A stretch of 62,754 nt of DNA, the filler included, from Sluysia triapertura (Eukaryota), in assembly GCA_046118255.1 (NCBI GenBank). It is 5 parts of 5 records of this genome, joined end to end, with 100 filler letters (N's around TTAATTAATTAA, not from the genome) between each part and the next. Parts side by side here need not be neighbours in the genome. Positions count along the whole stretch, not along the records: positions 1 to 11,523 come from JBJNIA010183768.1; positions 11,624 to 23,296 come from JBJNIA010181472.1; 3 more parts are not named here. One strand, 5' to 3'. The translations under genes were made by a program, and so were the position numbers. This document shows, in pieces, positions 1-11,694 of this stretch; positions within the stretch are counted from its first letter, which is position 1; each line of letters starts with the position of its first letter. Under the pieces are notes generated by a model that searched no databases, was not told the origin of the DNA, and was given only the letters and a program-made list of their open reading frames with translations.

Positions 1-32
1 GTTTTTTTTGTACATAATTGTTTTTTTTAAAT

Positions 33-76
33 ATCAGAATTAATTTTTCCCCCCGGGGGGAAAAATTAATTCTGAT
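33..76. repeat. Perfect 44-bp palindrome
   Basis: ATCAGAATTAATTTTTCCCCCC followed directly by its reverse complement GGGGGGAAAAATTAATTCTGAT, with no loop. Confidence 0.95.
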
Positions 77-132
77 CCGTAAGGATTTGTGGGCTCTATT
101 TGTTTTTTGAAATGAAACAAATTTATTCATTT

Positions 133-245
133 TGTTAGACTTCATAAAATGGACTAACCGGGAATAGAACCTGACACCTCTCGCTTCACAGCTGCGCAGT
201 TTGATGCTCTGACCACTAACAATTTTATTTCACTATAGTCAATTA
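133..245 (-). repeat. tRNA-like repeat, copy 1 (5' end of the tRNA part deleted)
   Basis: Minus strand reads AGTGGTCAGAGCATC...GAGGTGTCAGGTTCTATTCCCGGTTAGTCCA-TTTTATGAAGTCTAACA. The tail is shared with 60621-60642 and the upstream flank with ~48824-48849. Confidence 0.8.
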
Positions 246-2334
246 TAGGTCCATACCCCAACAATTTTCAACGGTTTGGCAAATCAATTTAAATATTTAA
301 AATTATTATTTCTTTTGATATTAATTTAGAAATAACTTATTTTTCATTAAGTTTTATTTTCAACATTACTTTCATTTCGTATTTTATTAAATATTTTCTA
401 CCATGTTCATTTTTGAATCTATATAGATTCGTATATTCCAATACCCATGTAATAGATTCAAATAATTGTAAAAAATTTAGTATTGGATATTTTATTTTCA
501 AATTAAATCACTAAATTAAATAATTAAAATGCTATCTTAACTAATAAAAAATTGAAACTAAATGATATTCATAATAAAAGGGAATATTTAAAGATATATT
601 GAAAGTTATTACTTTTCCCTCATATTTCATAATAATTATCAAATTTGTCGAATAAAAGTCTCTAAAAGTTAATTATTTCTGAATTTTTAAAAGTATTTTT
701 GAAATAAGACAAATATTTTTAATAACAAAAATATCATTTTTATTACAGAGATATAGAAAATATTTCACAAATATTATAAAATAGTTTATCTTTAGTGTAA
801 TTATATAGAAATCAAGAAATAACAATATTTGTTGCATTAATTAGCAAGTAGTTAATTGGTTTAGTTAAGTTATTTTAATTTAATTAATGAAAAAAAGTGT
901 TATTTTTGAAAACTTTTGCCCAAAATAAATTTTCGTTTTATTATTTCAAATATTAATATTTGTTTTAATATTTGTTTGTGTCACGTTTTTATTTTATAAA
1001 TTGTTTATTTGACCTTATAATTTTCCGCTTTTAAACTTTTAAAATTCTTTTCCACTTTCATTAATTTAAAAAACAAATTACTTTTAGTATTATTTAAACA
1101 TCTTCTAACTATTAACCCAATTTTAATAAGAAAAATATTAAAATATAGTGAAACATTTAAAACATTTTCCTATGTTGATTCTAAAATGGTTACATAATTA
1201 TACATCATTACTTGCTATAATTTTAAGCATATAAAAATTTTCTATGCATATTCTACTATGGTTGGAAACAATGTTCTATAAAAAATATTCCAGCATCTAT
1301 TATTTATCGAATTATTACCTTTCCAGTTGCTAAAACTAGTCGGCAAGAGTTAACCCGTTGAACGTTACAAAAATTAAATTAATCATAACAATAATATTAT
1401 GACTATATCAAGGTTTAAAATGATTTTTAGAAAAATAATAAAAAAGTAAAACATTAACATGTAAATCAAATAGTTGTACTTTTGTAGTTACTGTTTTTAA
1501 GAATATTTTCATTTACAACTAAAACAAATATTGATTTAATTAAAACATTTGCTAATAAATGCACTGTTTTGTTATTTAATGAATTATACTTCAGTAACAT
1601 GTTAATTAGAAAACATAACAAAATGGATTTGATTACACAAACTGAAATGGAAATGGAAACTCAGAAGAAACCCACTACTTTTACAATTTCTCAGTCTTTC
1701 TATTGGAAAATTTATTTTCGTTGAATAAAAAGCCATCTTACTCAGGAAAAGTACGAATCCCTTATTTTTTAACCGATTAAAAAATTCCAAAAAATTAAAT
1801 TAACTTCAACTTGAAGTTTACAATAACTTAAAACTAAGTAGCGTTTATTTTTAATATTTTTATGGAGCATGTGATATGATTTCATTATTTTAACGGCTAT
1901 ATTTTATTTAAAAGTTGCAGCTATTAAAAAAAGATTAAAAATGTGGCCCAAAAATTGGACATTGGCGGATAATGGATTAAATCACATGCCTATAAAAACT
2001 TTACTTTAAAACCAAACTCTATAAATTTAGAACGTTATGAAAATAGAGCTTTTATTTAATTTAAAAAAATCTAATCTTCCTGATACTTTTTTTGTTAATA
2101 TGAACCTATAGTTATAATGGACTACTTACATAGTCTTCTTTTACATTAAGTATAACTTTTTTTTGCAATTTCTTTGAGGATTCAATTATTTTCTGTGTAA
2201 TCAATACTATACAAAAATAGACAATTTGAAAAAAATTAACTATGTATAAATCTAAATGAAGATAAATGAAAATCAACTAAAAATGGATCTTTCAAACATT
2301 CAAATTTATTAATTTGATTTGACTTTAAATAAAT

Positions 2335-2574
2335 TCAACCTTTGAAATCATTTTCAACTAATTTCAATGGTGGAATATATTTCACAGAACGGAATGATAA
2401 TGGTGCTGGTTGATGAGCATACGACGACATAGTATTGGGTTGTTGATAAAGATAATTGATGTCACTTTTAAATACAACAGTGCGTTGATCTGAAGTCGCG
2501 CGTTGATCTGAACTAATCAATTCCAGGCGATCAGTGTATGTTGGAGTATGTTGGTGACGGTGTTTGTAAATTGA

Positions 2575-2624
<50 letters not shown>

Positions 2625-3165
2625 CTTTCACTGTTTTTGCAAATTGAATCGTTGTTGAACATTGTTCTGTAGCTTTAATTAGTGATGAAGATCTATTGAT
2701 AGTTGACAATGGACTATTAAATTTCGTATACATATCTGAATATTCATTCGGTTTCAATGTATCATTTCGATAAATATCGTATGTATCAAAACAATTATTT
2801 GATGATTTATCCGGTATTGTATAATTATCTTTATTATGATCAATATTTTTTATTGCTTTAAAATTGTTCGATTTTCGACAATAAATAATAATCAAAACCA
2901 ATATTATAATAACAATCAATATAATAATTCCTAAAGTGATATTAAGCCATATTTCTTTACCAATATTATATCCAATTAAATGTTTCGAATCAGAATTAGC
3001 AGTTAATGGTTGTAATGACGATGTTAATGTTAAATCAGAATTGATATTAGTGTAATATTTATTACAAATCGATTGTATTTGTTGTTTTGGTAATTTACAA
3101 AATGTAGTAACACAAACCACAAAATTGTCTGGCAATCCCTTTACCTTTTTTAATGCTATTTCCAT
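2335..3165 (-). CDS. Single-pass membrane protein, probably the terminal exon of an FN3-containing receptor/adhesion protein
   Basis: 276-aa open frame in ORF-poor DNA. Hydrophobic stretch IWLNITLGIIILIVIIILVLIIIYC is followed by basic RK and a low-complexity tail with poly-Asn. N-terminal GLPDNFVVCV resembles the last strands of an FN3 domain. The frame stays open about 20 codons upstream (KNGTRFRVTLSQYYTYST), with a candidate TACCAG acceptor near 3207. Confidence 0.65.
2575..2624. repeat. (ATT)n microsatellite encoding poly-Asn
   Basis: Direct reading; lies in frame within ORF 2335-3165. Confidence 0.95.
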
Positions 3166-4059
3166 AGTTGAGTAAGTGTAATATTGAGATAACGTTACTC
3201 GAAATCTGGTACCATTTTTAACGATAATTTATGTTTTTTTTAATAAATAGTTAATTGTAATGCGAATAATAAAAAGTTTTATAAGGTTTATGAAAGTTTT
3301 GACAAGAAATAAGAATAAATTGAGATTTATAAAAACGAGCTAAACATTAAAATTAAGGTAACATAATTGGCAACAAAGTTATGTAATAATTTTATTATTG
3401 TATTATTATTTTAAAGAATTGCATTGGTTACTAATTTAAAATAATGATAAATTGGAAGTACTGAATATGTGTTGGCAATAAAAATGCAAAAACAATTTAT
3501 ACAGAATACACAGTAATAATAAACATAAGTAATAGGTTAAACATCGTTTATTATTTATATAACCAACTATAGATAAAATTAAAAATCACCGAAATATCGA
3601 AAAATAAAAATTTATTTTTAATATGAGCGTTTTCATGATAAGTACTAGTGCTTAATAATTTAATTTATTATCATCACTACTACTGTCACCATCACTACCA
3701 ACATCATAATTATAATAACAACAAGAAAAATACATAATATAGTATAATATAATATAGTATAATGCCGATGAACAAGTACAATTTGGTCTTTATATCTTAT
3801 CGATTGTTTGTTAGAATAAGATCTTGTTTACATTGAATTGAACCGGAAAGAGAAAAAAAGTAGAAAGATTTCTGACATAAATCAACTAATCGGAAAATTT
3901 GGTGAGTTGAACATTACATTATTCAATAATATGAAAAATATTCTGATGTCGATTTTGATGTTGAATGAATATATGTTGATTTTCTCGGTATTATTTAACG
4001 AGGTTTCTTTGAATTATTACCACTAGTAGTTCGAGATTTTGTCTAAATTATGTAGATAA

Positions 4060-4120
<61 letters not shown>

Positions 4121-4121
4121 T
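4060..4121. repeat. (AAT)n microsatellite
   Basis: Direct reading. Confidence 0.95.
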
Positions 4122-5999
4122 AAAATCATTATCATATTATTAATGATAAATTGAATAAAAATTTTTTAGAGGTTCTCAATTAATATTCTGGGCTGTGATT
4201 AATTGATTGCAAAACGATGATGAAGACAATGATGACAAAATATTGTTTTTTAAAACTTTTAAGAAGTGTTAACATGAATTAATTTTTTTATATTTAAATT
4301 AAAACAAGTTTATGTTTAATTTAAGTTTAAATTAATCAGCTCCAGTATTACAAAAATCAAATTACATACACTTCTATCGATTTTATTCTCATCAATTTTT
4401 TCAGTTAAGTATTTTTCAGTCCAGCTTAATTATAATTAGTTTCAGCAGTTTGATTCTTAGATTGACATTTTCTAAAAGTAATTTTTGCGTTTATTATAAA
4501 TGTCTACTTCATAATTGTACACCTTGACCATAAAATAAGTTAGATTTTAATATTCTTTTTACAATAAACTAATGTGAAAAATCTTCAAAAACGAAAAAGT
4601 TTTATTAAAATTTGATAAATCATTATTTTGCTTGACTATTTTATGATCTATTTTTGTGCATTTTGCATATAGTCAGATCTAACGATCATGAACTTTTTCG
4701 TTTGAGGTTTCTTAAAGAATAAGACCAGCAGATATGACGTAAGTCAAACATATGATTACCTAATAAATCATGAAATATATCAAAATGCTATGTTGAATTT
4801 AAAAATATTCTTATGTCTAAGTAATCGTTCTCTACTAAACTTAAAATGACTCTGGGTGCTTTCTTATGTCAACGAATTTGTATATTCTATATATAACGTA
4901 TTTTATATTCTATCTGTACTTACAACAATCAAACTGCAAGCTGAATAAATTGTTTTAATAAGTTCTTAGCTTTATCAATATATATTCTCACTTTCTACAG
5001 TAGTTCAAGCTACTTCAATTCGAAATTAATAGTTTAAGATCGTTTAGCAATTAATTTACTTTGAGAACTTTTTATTGTCTTGTTTTACAAATAATATTTA
5101 TATCTTAGAGTTATTATATGTAGAAACATGAGCTCGGGTACTCGTTCCGATAACCTGGAATGGAAACGCAAGAATAAGCTTTTATTTTGAAATTGACTTT
5201 TACGTTAATTAGTAAAAACGCGTTGACTCGATTTTACTTAATCAAGTATTATCGTTGATTATGAAATTCTCTTCAGTTAAATTAGACAAATGTTAACTTT
5301 ATTTTTCTTTGGGGCTCTATTTCCAAAAGAAGAACAAAAAATTAAATTCGAATATTTATTAAAACAAATACTTTATAAAACGGTAACGAAATAATAACAA
5401 CAAATAAAGTGATAATAAAATGCCAAGTATTTTAAATTAATAATTATGTTAACACAAATAATATTTTTTAATTAGTAAAATATTTAAATATATTTTTGTT
5501 TTAAAAGATTTTAAACTGAAATGCAATAAATACCACGGGGTATTGTCAACTGGAGGGATTACAAAATTCGACGCAAATCTGTAATTCAATTAGTAAAATT
5601 CTTCTATCTCTATTTTTATTTTTTTCTTGCGTTGATGTTGATATTTGTCAGTGGTATTTATATTCGAAATAATATTTAAGATGTAATTTGTAATAATATT
5701 TTGTAATATTTAGTATGTATTTTGTAGAGAAATAATAATATTTAAAAAATAATTCGTAGTCATGTTTGCAATTTGTAATAATATATAATTTGGTAGAAAA
5801 ATTTTAATAATAATTAACAAATGATAATAAAATACTTTGTAAATAATTTTATATGTTAGTACATAATTCATATTTTATAATTATTAATATTTATAAATTT
5901 CTTTCTATAATAATAATGTAATGTTGATAATGTAAATAATAATTTGTCAATATAGCTAATAATATAATGATAATTATTGTTTTCAGTCTAAACATTCAT

Positions 6000-6480
6000 A
6001 TTTTATTAAATTTTGATCACATATATTTATATTCAATCTTATTTTAATAAGCTTTTCTCGATTACAATGCTTTTAAATTTGAAGTAATTTTGATTGTACA
6101 TTATTCTTTCCGTCCTGCCCAATCTTTAATTTAGGTTGATTTCAATCGAAAACAATGTTATTAATCTTTAATTATATACTAATTTTATTCAATCTCAGTT
6201 TAATATAATTTTAACTTTTATATTGGAATAATTTTTACGTTCTTAAAATTTAATATTATATTGCCTTTATAGAATCTCATTTTAAAATGACTAATCATTT
6301 AATTTCAATTTAAAATTGGTTACTATTTGTTATTAAATTTCGAATTTATACTAACTCTATTAAATCTCATTTTAAATTAGTATAAAACATAATCTTAATG
6401 AAAATGATTTTAATTTTACTTTGAAATAAGTTTTAAAATTTAAATTAAATAAATTTTGGATTTAATTTGAAAACTTGGAA
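6000..6480 (+). repeat. Degenerate tandem repeat with an AATCT(C/T)A(T/G)TTT(T)AAA core
   Basis: Core recurs several times (about 6035, 6121, 6191, 6272, 6363, 6390). Similar arrays lie at 31500-31790 and 52490-52810. Confidence 0.55.
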
Positions 6481-8334
6481 ATTTAAAATAATTGAAAAAT
6501 GAAAAATTGAATATTATGTTACACTATCTTGTCTTTTCATAAAGACCCTGAGAACTGTATTTTCGTTAATTGTCATTCTGTTGAATTTTATTAAATTTTT
6601 ATAAATAAATAATTATTTTTTGAAGATATTTCATATGATTTATTGTAGTAATAAAATAATATCTAAAAAAACATCTAATCTACTATATGTATTTTTTAAA
6701 TATTTCTGATTTAAATGTTTGTTAATTAATACAAAAATGCAAAATGAAACGTCAATTAATATCTAAAGTACAAGTTATTTTATGATTACCTAATTTCTAG
6801 ATATTAATCTGAGCGATAAGTATTTGCGTTTATGGAAGTAAATTTTTAAACCTTATAAACTCATAATATACTTAAATAAATTTTTGTGACAAAATAAGGA
6901 TGATTACTTAAATATTTATATTAATGTTAAAATCTAAAATTTAAACCAAAGTAACTAAAGCTATACAAGAAATACCCTAAATTGAGTAATGAATGTTGCT
7001 CAAAATTGGTATCAAATGTTAATAAATAGAGATTTAAAACACGTCAACAGGTCTAAGCCTGAAAGGACTAAATCATTTGACATCCATAAAAATCCTCAAC
7101 AAAGCACAGTCATTAACAACAATATAAGGTTTTCACAATAGTAAATAAGCTTCAAATATACTGATGATTTAACGGAATCTTAAAATATTGTAGATTTGGA
7201 ATGCGTAAAATTATTCCAAAAAATCCACTAAAAGATTTTTCAAGCGAATTTTTATGATTGATGAAAAATAGGTTTATTTTAAACTCATGTTTAGTTAGGT
7301 GAAAATGATAATCTCCAGTCTGTTTATAGGTGTTTAGTGTGACTATGAAGGTATTGTAAAGTTATATAAAATTTATTTCTAAAGTTGTATAAAATTTAAC
7401 TATGTTTAATTATATTTTATTATTTATATTTATCTTTTATGATTTATGTATTTTGTAAAAAATTATAAATATTGTAAAAAATTAAAAATATTATTAAAAA
7501 TTATTATTACTTAAAAAATTATAATAAAAATTACGTCAAAAAAGTATAATTAAAATTAAAATAAGATAAAAAGAACATTCTCGAATTTAATTGTTTTACT
7601 AAATCAAAAAATTAATGTCTATTTATGACAGTTATTAATATAAAAACAGCAATTATTCATAAAGACATAAATTACAACGAAATAAATCACGAAAATAAAT
7701 TAGTTCGTGAAAATTCTACAAGTGATCAAAAAAGTTCTCAATTTATAATTATCAATTTGAAGACCAGCAACAATCTTTTCGATTATTTGTCATATAGCAG
7801 CAGATCACAATAAAGTGATTCAAGTAGTAAGTCTAAATTGATAGCTTTGCATACTCGAATAGAGTTATAAAATACCACTCAAAATATTTGTATTTCCGTT
7901 GGTCCTTAAGACCAATGACAAAATCCTGGTAAATTAATTAATATAAATTTTCACCGAGCCTATAGTAGACTAGGTCTTTCAAAAATAGTGTTATTATTTT
8001 GATTATTTTGTTAAATTAATTATATATTGAAGTAATATTTGTTATTATTCCTATCATATAAACATTTATTTTTATGTTATCATTATTATTATCGTATAGC
8101 TTATTTAGAATTGTAGATAATAAATATTTAAATTGTTTGTTATTTAGAGTATTGATCGTTTAAGCAATATACGTGGATGTTTAATATAAAATAAGTTTAT
8201 TATAAAACACGATATACTTTCGAATACTGATATTAAGACTGCTTGACTTAACTATCAATTTATTTCATTGAATTTACCGAATAATAGTTCACGTGTCTTG
8301 ACTTGTTTATCTTGAAAATTTAGAATATTAGCTG

Positions 8335-10490
8335 TGGTGGCCAACGTTTTTATTCAAAATTTAAATCATTTATACACATGAAAAATCACAATTCATAACA
8401 TCCCACGTTTCACTTTTCAGATTCATTAAAATTCCTTTACATTTTAAAGCATTTTAAACTCATAACTGTATAACATTAAACTTTTACTCAACATCTAAAA
8501 TCATCGAACGTATACTTTAAACGTTTAATCAAAACATTTCAAGTTCAAAATTGTTCAGCATTCAGTCATTAACATCATTGAAAAACATTAAAATTACATT
8601 TCAAAATTAACTTTAAAACATCAATAAATCAAAATGGAATTTCTTTTATCATCTTTAACCACGTTGTTATTTATAATTTTTACTGCACAAACTTCTTTCA
8701 TATTTCCTATCATATTCAAATAGAAGAGTAAGAAAATATGTTAAGAATTTTTAAGATTTTAAGAAACAGAATGTAATAAAGAATAAAGGAATTTATGCGA
8801 AAATTTTATTCAAACATTTTTAAAGAAAAGAAGATAAATGTAAAGTAAAGAATTTTATGTTTTAAAAGAATTTAAAAGAATTATTATTATTTATATTATG
8901 CTATTTTATTTTATTTATTGCCAATTTTAAGTCATTTTTATTATCATTATTATTATTATAATCATTATCATTAGTGCCATTAATTTTCATTACTGTTATT
9001 TAACATTGTGGCCTATCATAATTATGTGACAGTTTAATTAAAATCAATTTTGGCTATCTTGTTAACTGTCGACTAATGACAGTTGCTTAGTAAGTTACTA
9101 CATTTGTTATTTTATGCCTATTGGTCAGCCAACCATTTTGCAGAGCATTAGTTGAATATAATTAAAAATAAAATTGGTTAAAAATGGCAACACATAAAGC
9201 TAATCACATAACAACTAGTAATTAAAAAATCAAGTTAACTATTAAAATCACACCAATTTTGATTATTAAAAAATTTAGAGACCTCTCGGTATTCGTAATT
9301 TATTAAAAAGTTTAATGGTACATAATTAATGATCAAAATGAACCGTAAAGATTAATAGTCAATTCTAAAGGATTATTACTTCATTTAAAAATAAATCCTT
9401 CCGAAATTAAACATTTCATAATAAAAAAAAGTAAAAACGCATCTTGATAATCAATGTAAAATTTATATCATACCTCTCTGCCGATATGAAACCCAAACAA
9501 CAGATTTGGATCACTATTTTTTTGTAGAAAATTGATTTAGTTTTGCACATTTGATTGAGTCTATATTAAAAAATGATAATAGCGGCAACAAGCCAAAAAT
9601 ATCACTTATTTGTATATTTCAACAAATTCAAATTCTGCTTATAATACCATGAAATTATCTTGTTCGATCGACCCATCTACAAAATCGACAATAAATAATG
9701 TTACTAGTTCATCGTATTCCATGTTTCAATATTTTATTATTCTTTATTCAACAATATGTCCACAAACTCTGGTGCATCGAATTTCGACACACAAGCAGAA
9801 TGAATTCAATTGCAACTATAGTGAAATAATTTTTCCTAACTTATCGAAAGTCAATCAAATCGTATCGATACGTTGTTTAAGTTTACATATTATATATTCA
9901 ATGTTTAGTAAAGTTTTAAACATGTCAACGACATTTTTAGCAACGATTGAATTCGTAACCAGTGAAGCTAATAATCACAAACCTGTACTCGACTTGGACA
10001 GGTTATGTAGTTCTTATGCGACAAACACAATGACATCCCGTCAAAAGTATATCAAAAATGAATTTTACAAACGTGGGATTTGTATTTATGCCACCTTACC
10101 AGATGGAAAATGTTCCAAGTTCGGTCCAGATTGCAGATATGCACATAATAGCTTCGAGTTAGAACAATCAAATGAAGAACAGATCTTCTCGGATAATCTT
10201 AACCGAGTCATGAGCATCATTTACAGTTCAAATTTGGAACCGATTTATATATGGTAAACCAAGAAATATAAATCCTAATGACAATCTTAACTTTAAAGTA
10301 AATTTTTAGTTTTATAATACTTTTTATAAAATTTTCTCTTTAGTATCATGTTTTAGAAGCGGAGTTCGTAAGGTAACGTATTCCAACATGAACTGTTCTG
10401 GCCATCACATAAATTTAAAATTGACAATTTTAATCCATATTATAATATGTTTTGTGTATAATAAATGTATTAAAATTTATTTTTATCTTA
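8335..10490 (+). mobile_element. CCCH cassette, copy A (PBS-like motif, leader, promoter-like block, CCCH gene)
   Basis: TGGTGGCCAAC at 8335-8345. 8335-9100 aligns by eye with the reverse complement of 58449-57750, and the AATAAATGTA(T/A)TAAAATTTA 3' block (~10460-10488) matches ~56062-56024. Confidence 0.65.
9610..10257 (+). CDS. CCCH zinc-finger protein
   Basis: 215-aa ORF containing FYKRGICIYATLPDGKCSKFGPDCRYAHNSFELE (C-x9-C-x6-C-x3-H at 10081-10146), with a TIS11-like YK lead-in and EL tail. The true start is uncertain because the track start is TTG. Confidence 0.75.
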   Translation: MYISTNSNSAYNTMKLSCSIDPSTKSTINNVTSSSYSMFQYFIILYSTICPQTLVHRISTHKQNEFNCNYSEIIFPNLSKVNQIVSIRCLSLHIIYSMFSKVLNMSTTFLATIEFVTSEANNHKPVLDLDRLCSSYATNTMTSRQKYIKNEFYKRGICIYATLPDGKCSKFGPDCRYAHNSFELEQSNEEQIFSDNLNRVMSIIYSSNLEPIYIW

Positions 10491-11448
10491 CCTTTATAGA
10501 GTTCACAATAATAACAAATTAATAATTATTTTTATTTGTACAAATGCTTCTTTTAAAGTTAATTATTTAAATTTTATTAAGAAATTTATTAATGATAGAA
10601 TTATTATCAATGAAGACATTAATTTCAATGTAATTATTAAATTTAAATTCCATATCATAATTCATTCATTACGTACGCCATTCGTAAATCGTATATTGTA
10701 GACGGACTTTCTTAATCTATTTTGCTGCTTTAGTTAAGTTTAGGATATAAAACCACAGCAGTATTATGAAATTTTTCCTGATGGTAATAACACAAATTCT
10801 GATTAAGTAAAAAAATATCCTGTAATGGATATTACTAACGTTCCATAAAGCTGAACAATAGACTTCAATTCAAACCTAACAAAAAGTTTGATTATTAATG
10901 AAGTTTTATCGCACTCAGTTTATAGTTTAGATCATTTAATCAGATTTATGGAGTATTTTAGTGGTACTTGACCGTTCACTTCTTGTGACAGTCTGAAGCA
11001 GGTGAATTAAGTAAAAACACAAAGCGGTACAAAAATGGTATTTTAGATTTGACAGCTAAATGAGCAAGAATAATAGAACATAATGGAATGTATAACAAAT
11101 TTTAATACACATGAATCTCTTGTAAATTTGTTCTGAAATTTATTTCAAAAAATACAAATATTTATGATTCAAGTTAATATAAATTAATTTATTTGTTAAT
11201 TAATTTAAAATAAACAAAATAAATCGTCAATTAATATCTAATTATAATAAAATCCAACAGTGAAAATTAGCAAGCATCAAATTTTTAAATCATAGTTTAA
11301 AATTTATTTGTATAAAATCAAATTATTTCGTCAAATAATCACAAAACATACAAAAATGTGAATTTTAAAAAATTATAAAAAGTAGATTTAATGAATTATT
11401 TTTCAGTTTGAGATTTCACTATACCATGCAAATGACTTTAAAGCATGT

Positions 11449-11450
<2 letters not shown>

Positions 11451-11523
<73 letters not shown>

Positions 11524-11655
11524 NNNNNNNNNNNNNNNNNNNNNNNNNNNNNNNNNNNNNNNNNNNNTTAATTAATTAANNNNNNNNNNNNNNNNNNNNN
11601 NNNNNNNNNNNNNNNNNNNNNNNATAATTATAATAATAATAATAATAATAATAAT

Positions 11656-11692
<37 letters not shown>
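11451..11692. repeat. (AAT)n microsatellite interrupted by an assembly spacer
   Basis: AAT arrays on both sides of the 11524-11623 gap. Confidence 0.9.
11524..11623. other. Artificial contig spacer
   Basis: N44-TTAATTAATTAA-N44 (stop codons in all six frames). Confidence 0.98.

Positions 11693-11694
<2 letters not shown>

Noticed and set aside
5522-5556. AATACC-ACGG-GGTATT hairpin as a Helitron 3' end
   Set aside because: No CTAG terminus or matching 5' end found.
8634-8723. 29-aa hydrophobic micro-ORF MEFLLSSLTTLLFIIFTAQTSFIFPIIFK in the cassette A leader
   Set aside because: No counterpart seen in the colinear copy B, and such ORFs arise by chance in T-rich DNA.
11524-11623. Recurrent TTAATTAATTAA inside N-runs (four times)
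   Set aside because: Identical 100-bp layout each time, so it is an artificial six-frame-stop spacer. Adjacency across these spacers is not assumed.
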